Origin: a virus
Strand: one strand, 5' to 3'
Length of the DNA stretch: 64,000 nucleotides
Virus record (IMG/VR): IMGVR_UViG_3300028874_000370
Span: 38,154-102,153 of that record
The notes below the pieces were generated by a model that saw nothing but the letters and a program-made list of their open reading frames with translations, had not been told where the DNA came from and made no database searches. How positions within the stretch are numbered: position 1 is the first letter of the stretch; every line of letters begins with the position of its first letter. Shown here piece by piece: positions 37,755-48,461 of the stretch. The position numbers and the translations under genes were made by a program.

Positions 37755-38185
37755 TTGTCTGAAGCTTCTCCAAGCATTTTCAAAAGTTCTGTTCGATCAG
37801 CAATTATTAAATTTTGATTAACTGTTCCTGGTGTTGTCCCATCGATTTTCATTTTTAATTTATTTTGCCTGATAGTAGCTCTTGATTTAATAGAGTCCAA
37901 TGCAATATTTAAATATTGTGCAGCCACTTCAGCATTCCGAGCAGCAAAACGAGGATCAACTTCAGAGACCATTTGCGTTTGTTGTTCAAATGCATCTATT
38001 GCATATCCATATACTGTAGCAAGCTGAGAAGCAACAGCTAAATCTTCTTCATTGATTAATGATGAAGTGTCAGTGTCATTAGTCGAGACTATTTCAGTCA
38101 TTGGTTTAGGATCTTGGACTTTAGAAATAGTTGTTCCGGGTTCTATACCAAATACAGACTCTAGATGATTATCTGTTAATTTCAT
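37751..38185 (-). CDS. putative terminase small subunit
   Basis: helical core PRFAARNAEVA and C-terminal NQNLIIADRTELLK, similar in layout to T4-like gp16. Confidence 0.5.
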   Translation of the reverse strand: MKLTDNHLESVFGIEPGTTISKVQDPKPMTEIVSTNDTDTSSLINEEDLAVASQLATVYGYAIDAFEQQTQMVSEVDPRFAARNAEVAAQYLNIALDSIKSRATIRQNKLKMKIDGTTPGTVNQNLIIADRTELLKMLGEASDK

Positions 38186-38628
38186 TTTATTTCCTTTTTA
38201 GGTGGTTTACCCGTCCTAAATAATGATTTTTCGGTGAGGACGCGGAATGACATACCATGATTTTCACAGAATTGTTTAGCAGCTTTCCATTTAGCCATAT
38301 TGATAGCAATCGCAACTTTGTCATATGTACTAGATTTTTTTGTTAACACAGATTCTTTATAAGGTTTAATCTCGATTATTTCTCGTATCATTTCACCTTT
38401 AGCATTTCTATACATAATAAAAAAATCCGGATAGTATCGATGTATTTTTTTAGTAGTAGGCTTCAAATACGGAATATGAATTTCTTCACTACCCCATTGC
38501 ATAATACTAATATTATTGTCACAAAACTCCATAAACCGTTTTTCCCAACTGGACCGATAGGTAATATTTTCTACATTACCTACATATTTTTCTGGATAAT
38601 TAGGATGGAATAAACCTTTTGATGTCAT
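38182..38628 (-). CDS. head completion nuclease (T4 gp4-like, TnsA-type fold)
   Basis: YRSSWE, WGSEE..IPY, HRYYPDF, EIKP. Confidence 0.88.
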   Translation of the reverse strand: MTSKGLFHPNYPEKYVGNVENITYRSSWEKRFMEFCDNNISIMQWGSEEIHIPYLKPTTKKIHRYYPDFFIMYRNAKGEMIREIIEIKPYKESVLTKKSSTYDKVAIAINMAKWKAAKQFCENHGMSFRVLTEKSLFRTGKPPKKEIK

Positions 38629-39821
38629 ACTGATGTATCCATAGTAAATACATTTGGCGAACTAGGTGTATATGTTTCCAAACTATTAATTTGTGCAGCT
38701 TGTCCAGATGTTGGCGGGATAGTAAATGGATTAGAAATTCCAGATGTGCTCTGATCAATCATTGGTGTAGCTGAAGAAATTGTAGCTCCGGCCATATCTA
38801 ATTCACTAGTAGCAGATGATACAACACCTGGTGTTAATTGAGGCATCCATGATGAAGGGCTAGATGTCAAAAATGGTTGTGATGAACTAGATGATGTATT
38901 ATCAGCGCCCATTAATGTATAACTAAAAGGAGTTCTTCCAACCGATTCAGCATTCCCGATAATATCAGATTGGCCCCATGCATATAATGGAGTCCCTGAT
39001 GTTGGCGAATCCATCATATACAATGCATCATAGCTAAATGAACAAGCTAAACTATTTCCTTCCGATGATTCATGTGTCAAATTATCAAAGTCAAAACTTT
39101 CAATTTTTGGATTACTAAAAATGAAAGTATTCATTCTAGATCCATTAGCATAAACCTGAACAACCTCAATGTAATTTAAAATGTTCTTATTTCCACCAGC
39201 CAGTAAACCCATAGAAGCACTATATGTTCCTGTAGTTCCGGGAGTAGTAAAACTCATTCCAGATGTTTCAAACAATGAACTTTGACTATATGATAATGAT
39301 GATACTGGCGAATATGCAGTTCGATATGCATTAAAAAAATCAGAAACCTTATTTTGGATATCATCATGAAAAACCATATTCAAAGGCTCATGCTTAATAG
39401 ACTTTAATATCCTGGTTTTAAAGTTATACATATTGACATCTTCATATTCGAAAGTGACTTTTGGCTTATCAATTTCTTTGATGACATACATGAATTCTCT
39501 ATTGAATTGACTGCTGTATGGATCGTTGAAAATGAATTTAACTTTAAATAAAAATCTAAATTTTGGTTGGAATTTAACTAAGTCTGCTGCATATCGAATT
39601 GAATTCCAAACACCGTTTCCGCTTGTGTTTGCTGTACTGACACCAGATGGAATTCCTGTTGGTGAACTAGCACCCGAAGAAAATATTCCATTCGACCCCG
39701 ATGCGTCATAAAGCTGACTCAAAGATTGTTGATTATTGAAATTTTGAACACTTGACCCAAACACACTAGTAGACTGTTGTTGAATACTAGCATTGGTAAG
39801 AAGCGAAGAAAGATCTGACAT
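38625..39821 (-). CDS. tail tube-like/baseplate protein (gp19/gp48/gp54 family)
   Basis: PKFRFLF, IDKPK, NMYN, FHDD, FSYD; late promoter at 39845-39852. Confidence 0.6.
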   Translation of the reverse strand: MSDLSSLLTNASIQQQSTSVFGSSVQNFNNQQSLSQLYDASGSNGIFSSGASSPTGIPSGVSTANTSGNGVWNSIRYAADLVKFQPKFRFLFKVKFIFNDPYSSQFNREFMYVIKEIDKPKVTFEYEDVNMYNFKTRILKSIKHEPLNMVFHDDIQNKVSDFFNAYRTAYSPVSSLSYSQSSLFETSGMSFTTPGTTGTYSASMGLLAGGNKNILNYIEVVQVYANGSRMNTFIFSNPKIESFDFDNLTHESSEGNSLACSFSYDALYMMDSPTSGTPLYAWGQSDIIGNAESVGRTPFSYTLMGADNTSSSSSQPFLTSSPSSWMPQLTPGVVSSATSELDMAGATISSATPMIDQSTSGISNPFTIPPTSGQAAQINSLETYTPSSPNVFTMDTSV

Positions 39822-39858
39822 AGTTAGCACCACTTATATTTCTATATTTATAGAAAAC

Positions 39859-39888
39859 AAAAAAGGAGCCATTAATGGCTCCTTTTTT
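39859..39888. terminator. bidirectional terminator ending the glyco operon
   Basis: aaaaaaggagccattaatggctcctttttt. Confidence 0.8.
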
Positions 39889-39906
39889 GAGTAGTGATAA
39901 AAAACT

Positions 39907-42066
39907 TTATGTGGTTCCGATGATCATATATCGATCATATAGCTCACATGGTAATGTTCCTTTATACAGAATATTACTAAAAGTACATTGGGCTTCGAAT
40001 GCTTCTAGGCTCTCTGAACTACTATGATGATCAATGTGTGAAAAATAATTATTGCTTTGTACAACTACGAGTTTGCCTTTTGGTATTTTCTCAAACCATT
40101 TAGGAATACTCTCCAAGTGTTCACAGCTAGTATTGATTAGGACGTTCCAAGAGATACCAAAGTGACCGGCAGCACTTAGACATGTAGTTCTTTCATAGTC
40201 TATGTCTAGCATGTCTCCTGTCGCCGCCTTAAACCTCCACCCATCAATGACATTATCGATGTTAAATAGGTCTGCTATCTTCTCGCATTTGGGGTCTTTA
40301 TCTAAGCTGACTATTTTCTGGATATTTTCTGGTTTATCATATAACTGAAATATGAAATTTGACAGTGAACCAATCCATCCGGCCAACACCAAGATATTTA
40401 ATTTGTCAACCAAATGTAGATTATTCAATTCATCAATGAGCCAAAATTTACTTAGCAATTGATCTCGACTTAAACAATCTCTGATCTCCGGTAAAGTAAT
40501 TTCAATAGATGGATCATATAAAAGACTAGTGAGATTGACTATTGTTTTTGTATCAATTTTGTTGTATCTGGTATACAGAAGTTCTTGTGTTTTTAGGTTC
40601 ATTAGTTGTTCTCTGAATTTTTTATTTAACCATTTAAAATCATTAATTTTAGATAGGTCATTTATACTATTAGCAAATCGTATTCCATATTCACCACCTA
40701 ATGTAGCACCCAATAACACAAAGAAAGAATAATCTCCTTTAGCTTCAGTTAGCCAGGTATTAAGACGTTGCTCTGATTGTGGATCGCTATTTTTAATCAC
40801 TCCACTAGCCAATTTGGTGCATTCTCTAAATGCACTACGAAAAGCATGAAATTCATCTGAATTAAAATGAGTAGTTGAGGCGACTTGATTTATAAGTTTA
40901 ACACCACTTCCTAATAATGTAGACATATCGACAAATTTATCACTAGCATTTTTGAACATTGACTTATGGAATAATTTAATGCCGCCATATCCGTATTCTA
41001 GGCCATTGACTGGATTTCTACATTTCCATATATGCACATATTGTTCTTCTTCAGCAAACCTAATATGGTCAAATTTAAAAAAATCTTCTACTATTGAATC
41101 ACCATCAACCACGTAAAAACTTGGAGTTGATGATAGAATACTTGCTTGAATGTGTGCATTTAGAATCCCATCGACTTTATGAACACACTTAGCATATGGA
41201 AATCTATTAATTAGATCTTCCCAATTTTTTTGTGCATTTGGCTCATCATATGATATGAAGATAATGTCATCCGATTGAAGAACATGACTGCATTTTATTT
41301 CATCGATTAATTTGATTTCAGCCCCACCAAAGTCATATTCGAAATTTGGTCTACTAGTATCTAAATTTTTAAAAGTGTTCTTATTGATTAAATACAATCC
41401 ATCATGAGTGAATCGCCTTTTGTGATCATAATCACAGGCCCAACTATGAATATATTTTTCATCATAAGAGTGAGGAACAAAACTAAAATCAAAATCTTCC
41501 GGGATGTAATCACAATGAATAACATAAAAATTATCCGTCTCTGCGATCTCACAAGCTTTTATTAACACTTCTTTCTTATTTGATGCGTCAACTCTTTTAA
41601 CTTCAGGCGCAATATTTTTAACAATATCAAAAGTTCTATTGTTTAATGGATCATTCTCTGATATAACCATAACATCAAGTAAACTTTTTTTAGATACTAT
41701 TCGGTCAATGTACTTTATATTTGTGGTGAACTCTGATAAAATTCTTTCTTTGTTGATTAAAAAAACTCCATCAAACCCGCTTTTATAATCATCACATGGA
41801 TTAGATTCAATCAACTCATATTGCCATGAATGACAATATTTTTCATCAAATTCAGCATACTCAAATTCAAAATCTAAAATTTCAAATTCATGATTAACAA
41901 CAAAGAAATTGGAAGTTAAAGAAAGTTTTGCTGCTTTCTTAAATGCAACAATTCCTTTATCTGAAGTAATCAGTTTTTTTAAGTGTGGATATTTTTTCTT
42001 ATGTCTGTTGAATCTGGATATGCTGCGTGCTGACCCATCTACTAAAAATATGATATCTAATGCCAT
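39907..42066 (-). CDS. three tandem glycosyltransferase-like domains fused to a class I SAM methyltransferase
   Basis: third repeat FISYDEP/VDGD/YGYGGIKLF; C-terminal LVLAGWIG, LDKDP, INTSCEH. Confidence 0.7.
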   Translation of the reverse strand: MALDIIFLVDGSARSISRFNRHKKKYPHLKKLITSDKGIVAFKKAAKLSLTSNFFVVNHEFEILDFEFEYAEFDEKYCHSWQYELIESNPCDDYKSGFDGVFLINKERILSEFTTNIKYIDRIVSKKSLLDVMVISENDPLNNRTFDIVKNIAPEVKRVDASNKKEVLIKACEIAETDNFYVIHCDYIPEDFDFSFVPHSYDEKYIHSWACDYDHKRRFTHDGLYLINKNTFKNLDTSRPNFEYDFGGAEIKLIDEIKCSHVLQSDDIIFISYDEPNAQKNWEDLINRFPYAKCVHKVDGILNAHIQASILSSTPSFYVVDGDSIVEDFFKFDHIRFAEEEQYVHIWKCRNPVNGLEYGYGGIKLFHKSMFKNASDKFVDMSTLLGSGVKLINQVASTTHFNSDEFHAFRSAFRECTKLASGVIKNSDPQSEQRLNTWLTEAKGDYSFFVLLGATLGGEYGIRFANSINDLSKINDFKWLNKKFREQLMNLKTQELLYTRYNKIDTKTIVNLTSLLYDPSIEITLPEIRDCLSRDQLLSKFWLIDELNNLHLVDKLNILVLAGWIGSLSNFIFQLYDKPENIQKIVSLDKDPKCEKIADLFNIDNVIDGWRFKAATGDMLDIDYERTTCLSAAGHFGISWNVLINTSCEHLESIPKWFEKIPKGKLVVVQSNNYFSHIDHHSSSESLEAFEAQCTFSNILYKGTLPCELYDRYMIIGTT

Positions 42067-42092
42067 ATGTTATTTTATTTTTCGTATACCTA

Positions 42093-42800
42093 TTATATCA
42101 TTGAATTGATATAGTTTTCTAAATCTTTTGGAGTTCCAACACCATGCATTTCATCCACTTGGCTTATTGCTATTTTATGACCCAATTCAGCATTTTGTGT
42201 ATAAATCGGAGCCACATAAAATTCATTATTAGTTCTGATGTTTTTATCAATCATCAATTCAGCGGCTTCAACAAACTTAGATCCATTAGACCAAAAATAT
42301 AATCCAGCAGTAGCGTGAGTTGAAATAGGATTTTTCTCTTCCACTTTAATAACTAGACCAGCATCATCTAGTAAGACAAAACTCCATTTAGGATCAACAT
42401 CTTCGAAAGTCATAATCAATCCATCATGAGTTAACAATAATGATAATGCTTTAGGATCCCAATGAATGATGTTGTCTGAATTCATTATAGCTAATACATC
42501 GTCATTGTTTATTAGATCTTTTGCTAATAACACAGTTCTGGCAGCCCCATCAGTAACATGGTCGATTAGTATTACATCAGAACCCAGCCAATTGGATGTT
42601 AAAAATTCTGTTGCATTATATAGAGCCTCATGTTCTTTCAATACCAGAAATATTTTATGTGACTCTACTGGAAAGGTATTGACCACATGCTCAATCATGG
42701 TTTTACCTAAAAACCTGATGAATGGCTTAGCATCTTCATATCCAGCGTTTTTAAATCTTTCTCCTTTTCCAGCCATAGGAATAACCAAATTTATTTTCAT
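42093..42800 (-). CDS. nucleotidyltransferase/GT-A protein (BcbE-like)
   Basis: VIPMAGKGERF, KPFI, GAARTVL, NSD, EFYVAP, GTPKDL. Confidence 0.85.
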   Translation of the reverse strand: MKINLVIPMAGKGERFKNAGYEDAKPFIRFLGKTMIEHVVNTFPVESHKIFLVLKEHEALYNATEFLTSNWLGSDVILIDHVTDGAARTVLLAKDLINNDDVLAIMNSDNIIHWDPKALSLLLTHDGLIMTFEDVDPKWSFVLLDDAGLVIKVEEKNPISTHATAGLYFWSNGSKFVEAAELMIDKNIRTNNEFYVAPIYTQNAELGHKIAISQVDEMHGVGTPKDLENYINSMI

Positions 42801-43399
42801 ATTTTTCTAAGTTGCTCTAATGTGATCAGTGTACGGTTATTTACAAATTCTACATTAGCTTTGGCCTCATGAGCTGCTTTCAATCCAGCAATGGAATCTT
42901 CGAAAATTATAGTATCTTCATTAGAAATATTAAAACGAGCCATTATAGTATTAAAAATCTCTGGATCTGGTTTTGATCTAAATACTTCATTTCCAGCAAT
43001 ACTAAAATCTATGAATTCTGATAGACCAAGTGATTGAATAATTTTATCAACATATACTCTTCTCGAATTTGATCCTATTGCTATACGTATTCCTTTGTTC
43101 TTAATCCTTGAGAATTCAGATATAAGCAATTCATTCTTTTGAATAGAACCGAAAGCATTTAATGTCAAACTTTCTTTGAGTTCATCTATTGATTTAACAA
43201 TTTCATCAGAGAGACCATACTGCGCTCTCAGGCATTCCAATTTGTTGGTAGTACGGATACCATCACTCGCTGTTAGGTAATGTTCCCTGGACGCTTCCTC
43301 GTGAACCCGAGTGTATACTGCATCTCGTAATGCTGAAGTATGAATATGAGTTGTATTTGCTAATACTCCATCCATATCAAAAATGGCAAGTTTAATCAT
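42797..43399 (-). CDS. HAD-family phosphatase
   Basis: FDMDGVL, SNS, KPDPE, FEDS. Confidence 0.9.
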   Translation of the reverse strand: MIKLAIFDMDGVLANTTHIHTSALRDAVYTRVHEEASREHYLTASDGIRTTNKLECLRAQYGLSDEIVKSIDELKESLTLNAFGSIQKNELLISEFSRIKNKGIRIAIGSNSRRVYVDKIIQSLGLSEFIDFSIAGNEVFRSKPDPEIFNTIMARFNISNEDTIIFEDSIAGLKAAHEAKANVEFVNNRTLITLEQLRKI

Positions 43400-43826
43400 A
43401 CATGGCTCCTACTAAATCAGAACATACTCCATATATATTGCTTTGGACATTATTTATACCCATACCGATTTCTGGCATGACCGCAATACTATTTTGGCAC
43501 AATTGTTTTCCTGGGTAGGTCCAAAAATAACCAGATGATGTTAATACTCGATCATCAGTATCGTGCCAGAAGAAGTGTTCGATTTGATTTTTATTTAGTT
43601 CTATCAATGCTTCTAAATTTTTAGCATGACACCAAAGGCCTTTCTTTTTTAAAAAAGATACCGGAACGGCATAAGTTGGAGTATCATGCCCGAGATAAAA
43701 TCCATCTTCGGTGTACCATACATCAATTTCGGTGTTGTATTTTTTTAAAGTGTTTACGACATATGTCGGATCATTCTCTAAAGTTGATGGGCCTTCAGTA
43801 TTACCCCGGTGCGATATTAAAATCAT
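43392..43826 (-). CDS. GDPD/PLC-like phosphodiesterase
   Basis: ISHRGN, EIDVW, LGHD, WCHAKN. Confidence 0.75.
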   Translation of the reverse strand: MILISHRGNTEGPSTLENDPTYVVNTLKKYNTEIDVWYTEDGFYLGHDTPTYAVPVSFLKKKGLWCHAKNLEALIELNKNQIEHFFWHDTDDRVLTSSGYFWTYPGKQLCQNSIAVMPEIGMGINNVQSNIYGVCSDLVGAMYD

Positions 43827-44581
43827 GATATGTAAAAGTCCTCATGGATTTTATTGATTTTATGATAATCGGTTATATGATGTAGACCACTAGCATTGTG
43901 CCGCACTATTGTTTCGTGCGCATTAGTTACATTCATTTGGATATTGCTATCCCGACAATATTTGTATAATAATGCCTCTGGGCTACATATCATCTCGTTT
44001 GATGGCTTACGTTTTAATAGTGTCATACAGTTATTATACTGGTTTGCTAAATGATCCATCACAATAGAATTAGCATAATATATACGATCATGCGCAAATG
44101 GATAATTGCCAGGTCGGCTAACAGAATTATTATAAGTATTGTCAATCCATGAAAAATATGCAGAATTATGAACAAGTTCAACAGGATCAAAAAATAAATT
44201 ATGATTCCATATCAAATCAAATCTACATTTGACTACGATATCATATTGGAATTCATTCACTAATTCATAATTCTTTTTTAGATTGTTAGCATGCATCAAA
44301 GAATATAATTGTGGAAGAGTACTAGAATAAATAAATTTTTTATCTTCATCTATTTTAATAGAAATAGGATTATAAAATTTAACAATCTTATTGAAGGTCT
44401 CTTTTTGGACTTGATTAGTAGTAACAACACCTTTCTTTTCTGCATCACGATATCTAGTGGTATCATGATTCCATACATGGATAAAATAATCCGGATTAGC
44501 CTTTGAAAAATATCTAAGAATTCCTGGAGCAGCCGTTTCAAATGTTCTTGGCTGTCCAGTTAATAATACAGCAACACGCAT
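43823..44581 (-). CDS. putative glycosyltransferase-like protein
   Basis: VAVLLTGQPR, FIHVW, YDIVVKCRFDL, PEALL. Confidence 0.55.
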   Translation of the reverse strand: MRVAVLLTGQPRTFETAAPGILRYFSKANPDYFIHVWNHDTTRYRDAEKKGVVTTNQVQKETFNKIVKFYNPISIKIDEDKKFIYSSTLPQLYSLMHANNLKKNYELVNEFQYDIVVKCRFDLIWNHNLFFDPVELVHNSAYFSWIDNTYNNSVSRPGNYPFAHDRIYYANSIVMDHLANQYNNCMTLLKRKPSNEMICSPEALLYKYCRDSNIQMNVTNAHETIVRHNASGLHHITDYHKINKIHEDFYIS

Positions 44582-44583
44582 TG

Positions 44584-46095
44584 TTATTTTCCTGGTTGAA
44601 TATAATCTTGTGAACCTGGATTAGCTTTACATGGCTCAGCAATCCATCCTTCAGTTTCGGAAATATTATTTATTAATTGAATCGGGATTGTTTTCGTAAC
44701 TGGGATAGAATCATACCATCCAGATAACATAGGAAAAGTCTTTTTGAAATCTTTTCCTCTTCGTTGATCATACTGAGTAAAGAAACTTTTGAAATCCCGT
44801 TGTCTTGATTCTATACTGGATGTATAATCATGCCCAACTTGAATTTCTCTAAGATATGCGATTAATCTTTCCAATCCTTCGTATTCCATTTGATGAAGAT
44901 TGCCTCTGCCTCTGCCTCTTTTTGTTTGGGGCTGATTAAACCAATTTTCTTTCAACCAAACCTCTAAATGATCTGCTCGTTCATGCCTAAAGTTTTCCGG
45001 TAAAGTTACTACACTTTGAAAACTTGGAAATCTCAATATATTAAAGCTCATAAAAGCACAATGATTGCCATATTCCTTTTTGATTTCAATCATTGCATCC
45101 ATGAATTCAGTAATAGAAAATAAACAAAGACTATTGATAGTCATCATCATATTCAACTGCTTAATATTTCCTTCACTTAATAATTTTTTAATATTCCCTA
45201 GCCAAGACCCCCAAACCAGTCCATCTCGGATATATTCGGCCGCATTACCAAATGATTCATTAGAAGTATACAATACAAATTTTTTAAAGCTATGAGAGGT
45301 ATCGCATAGCTTTTGGATTAGTTTTTGATTAACACCCAAATTAGAATTAACGGCAAATTGAACTTCGCACTCGGGGTGTTCTTTCCACCAATCAATAAGC
45401 TTCCAAAAATCTTGGCTCATCATTGCTTCGCCACCAGTTACCCGGAGTTCAGTCAATGTATATTGAAGATCTTTCTCCCACCATTCCATGAAAGCTACCA
45501 CATATGGATTATTTTCATTCTTGATTCCATATGGCTGTGCCCATGATCCATCAGATTGAAAAGCCGCTGCTCCATCGCTAACCAAATGTTCATACTGTCC
45601 GTTAACCTTAATATCACTCATCCAAGTTGTTGAGAATGAAGGACTACAATATGAACACGCAAAATTACAATTAGAATCAAATGCGATTTCTAATGTTTTG
45701 AGATCTACATCCTGTTCAGGATCCATCTTAGAAGCCAACTCAAGTTCTTTATCTGTGTAAATTACACTTTTGAATACCCGATCGCTAACATGGGTAATCC
45801 CCAGATCTTCTACCTTCCAGCAATAGTCACATTCATCCGGACGGACTCCATCTATCATTTGACCACGAAGTGTTTTTTTGTATTTGGTATTGTGGAGGGC
45901 CTTATAATTATCTTTTAATTCTTCTAACGGGATTTTATGGGCCGGTGGATGATGACATGATGTAGTCATCCCGTTCCCAAGCCAAACAGTGGCATTATAC
46001 CATTTGGCCCCGCAAAAACTAGGACTTAGATTATCTAAGACCCTAGTTTTATAATCTTGGTATGATTCAGTAATTGGTTTAGGCATTATCAACAA
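44584..46095 (-). CDS. radical SAM protein with N-terminal SPASM/twitch-like Cys cluster
   Basis: CNFACSYC, TGGE, N-terminal FCGAKW...SCHH...ECDYC. Confidence 0.88.
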   Translation of the reverse strand: MLIMPKPITESYQDYKTRVLDNLSPSFCGAKWYNATVWLGNGMTTSCHHPPAHKIPLEELKDNYKALHNTKYKKTLRGQMIDGVRPDECDYCWKVEDLGITHVSDRVFKSVIYTDKELELASKMDPEQDVDLKTLEIAFDSNCNFACSYCSPSFSTTWMSDIKVNGQYEHLVSDGAAAFQSDGSWAQPYGIKNENNPYVVAFMEWWEKDLQYTLTELRVTGGEAMMSQDFWKLIDWWKEHPECEVQFAVNSNLGVNQKLIQKLCDTSHSFKKFVLYTSNESFGNAAEYIRDGLVWGSWLGNIKKLLSEGNIKQLNMMMTINSLCLFSITEFMDAMIEIKKEYGNHCAFMSFNILRFPSFQSVVTLPENFRHERADHLEVWLKENWFNQPQTKRGRGRGNLHQMEYEGLERLIAYLREIQVGHDYTSSIESRQRDFKSFFTQYDQRRGKDFKKTFPMLSGWYDSIPVTKTIPIQLINNISETEGWIAEPCKANPGSQDYIQPGK

Positions 46096-47542
46096 TAGGT
46101 TCTACTAAGTTTTTGCATTCGTTATAAAACGGAATCAACTCTGGAAAGGTCGCATGAAAATCGGTATGTCGACGTTTATCATATTCTTTATGATATATGA
46201 AAAAATCTTTCATATTTTTATTTAACTCAGGATCTATCTCATTCATATAATCAACTAGCCGTTCTACCTGATCGATCTCTTCTAAATAAATCCGACCAGC
46301 TTTGTTAGGACTTGTATTTTTTGCATGAGCATAAACATACTCTTTCCATTTAGCTCCATATTCTTTTTTAATATCATCTGGTAAAGATCTTAAATTCAGA
46401 TATTGGGGCCAACGGATATAGTTAATCATCATTGGGATTCTATTATGCGCATCATTGCCATTGTATTCAGTTCTCAGAGTAAAAATAAGATCTAAAAAAT
46501 TATGGAAAGTAGTGACACATAATAAATTTGTAGCGACCATGAAATGTAGACGTTGTTGATCTTCGGTGTTTGATAAAAAATATCTAACATTAGAAACAAA
46601 TTCATCGTAAACCAAACCAAATCTAATATACTCGGCTTGAGACCCAGTTGCTTCTAAACTAGTAAACACATCAAACTGTTTTACTTTACCTTTGAGCTTA
46701 TGTGTGTACTCAACCAATTTGTCTATTAGTTTTCTAGGAACATTCAAATTCGTATTAACAGCGAGTTCTAAATTTGGCTGTGGATTTTCGATTAGATAAT
46801 CAAACACTGCCCAAGTATGTTTAGAGAGCAATGGCTCACCGCCAGTAATCCTAAATACATTGAGAGTTTGAACCAGTTCAGGCCACCACTTCCAGAAAGC
46901 TTCGACATATGGATTGTAATCATCTCGTTTAATTGGAAATCTTCCGGCCGATTTCATCCATTGGATATCATGAATCTTTCCATCAGACAAAGTATAAGGA
47001 CCATACCTCTCAATTTCTTCTGTCCACTTTGAAGACACATCTGGTGTACAGTATGTACATTTGAAATTGCAGGTATTCTCGAATGCTATTTCAACATAGG
47101 TTGGATTGATATATTTACCAATACCCGAATCAAGAACAGTCTTCATACTATCCATGGCCCAAGGAGAAATGCTTTTATACGTCCGATCACTTAAATGATT
47201 ACCAGCATTCTCGATGTTCCAACAGTAATTACATTCCGGTGTCTGAACCCCGTTAAGCATATCTTGTCTAGCAACAAACTTAATTGGAGTATTATGTAGG
47301 GCTTTAGGATCGGCTTCAACCGCAGAAGCTTCTACTTTGTGGGCCGATGGATGATGACATGAATGAGTATATCCATTCCATAAATAAATTGTAGATTGAA
47401 GCCACTTAGCAGTACAGAATGTAGGTGACACTTTATTAATCACCTCATCACGCATTTTATAATACCCATCCATCGCTATTTGGTTGGGGCTTTTTTCTTG
47501 TTCCATTATAATCCTAGTTCTGCTTCGATAGCCATAGACCAT
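46079..47542 (-). CDS. radical SAM protein with N-terminal SPASM/twitch-like Cys cluster (paralog)
   Basis: CNFKCTYC, TGGEP, FCTAKW...SCHH...ECNYC; likely start MEQEK at ~47506. Confidence 0.88.
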   Translation of the reverse strand: MVYGYRSRTRIIMEQEKSPNQIAMDGYYKMRDEVINKVSPTFCTAKWLQSTIYLWNGYTHSCHHPSAHKVEASAVEADPKALHNTPIKFVARQDMLNGVQTPECNYCWNIENAGNHLSDRTYKSISPWAMDSMKTVLDSGIGKYINPTYVEIAFENTCNFKCTYCTPDVSSKWTEEIERYGPYTLSDGKIHDIQWMKSAGRFPIKRDDYNPYVEAFWKWWPELVQTLNVFRITGGEPLLSKHTWAVFDYLIENPQPNLELAVNTNLNVPRKLIDKLVEYTHKLKGKVKQFDVFTSLEATGSQAEYIRFGLVYDEFVSNVRYFLSNTEDQQRLHFMVATNLLCVTTFHNFLDLIFTLRTEYNGNDAHNRIPMMINYIRWPQYLNLRSLPDDIKKEYGAKWKEYVYAHAKNTSPNKAGRIYLEEIDQVERLVDYMNEIDPELNKNMKDFFIYHKEYDKRRHTDFHATFPELIPFYNECKNLVEPIVDNA

Positions 47543-48441
47543 GGCGAATGTTGAATAGTTTGTACGCTTTTAAAGAATTTGCTTTGCGATGGATTATAAA
47601 TGCATAATTCCAATCCTATGTATTTTTTAATTTTACTTCCAAGCGCAAAGCACTCTTCGCCTAGTAGCTGATTGGTTTCAAGCCTAGACGAACTTTTGAA
47701 TTTGGCTAATTCTTCTTCACCAAAAGCTTTAAACCATTCATAATCACTAATGTTGGAAAGTTCAAAGTTTGGATCCAGATTAGTCATACAAATCCCGAGG
47801 CGAGTTCCGTAGATAGCAGCTACCCCATTATCGACATCTGCGCCAACACAGGACCACACCAGGAGACGTCGTAAATTTTCCTGATATACCACCTTAGAAA
47901 TCAACACGGGGTCCACTCTGGCTCCCTCGTTGAGTGTCATTTTACATCCTTCACGAAATCCTGCTCGAAAGGCTTGGAACATTGATCCTTCTGGGTGTGT
48001 TATCGATAGAACTGAATCTAATTGAAGATACGTTTTATCCCAACAAAAATCTAATTTTTCTTCTTCTGTTACTGCATTCTCATGAGATTTCATATTATGA
48101 ACCCAATCACGAGTCCACAATTTAACGCCGCCATTACCATAAACTAAACCGTTGATATTGTTGATCGAGTTCCAGCTGAATGCACAATTCTTATATTTTT
48201 CTGGAATATCTATAACCAAATCAAATAACTTTTCATCGACTATGTTATCACCATCTATTGTGATAAATCGGCCAGTTTCACTTTGGTCTGCGCAAGCTTT
48301 ATGGGCCGCATCAAATCCTTTCACACCATGAACCCGTTTAGCCCAGGGTGCTTTCTCTAATAGATTAGCCCAATTTTCTTCACACTTCGGCTCATCATAC
48401 GAGATATAAAATGTATCAAATTCTGATAGTTGTTGTTTCAT
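47506..48441 (-). CDS. glycosyltransferase-like protein (paralog of the third domain of 39907-42066)
   Basis: YISYDEP, IDGD, YGNGGVKLW, AFRAGFREGCK. Confidence 0.7.
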   Translation of the reverse strand: MKQQLSEFDTFYISYDEPKCEENWANLLEKAPWAKRVHGVKGFDAAHKACADQSETGRFITIDGDNIVDEKLFDLVIDIPEKYKNCAFSWNSINNINGLVYGNGGVKLWTRDWVHNMKSHENAVTEEEKLDFCWDKTYLQLDSVLSITHPEGSMFQAFRAGFREGCKMTLNEGARVDPVLISKVVYQENLRRLLVWSCVGADVDNGVAAIYGTRLGICMTNLDPNFELSNISDYEWFKAFGEEELAKFKSSSRLETNQLLGEECFALGSKIKKYIGLELCIYNPSQSKFFKSVQTIQHSPWSMAIEAELGL

Positions 48442-48461
48442 ATTATTTTTTTATTGAATAT

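Noticed and set aside
38182-38628. TnsA-like nuclease as a Tn7 transposon
   Set aside because: Motifs and context match T4 gp4 head completion protein; no tnsB/C or transposon ends are present.
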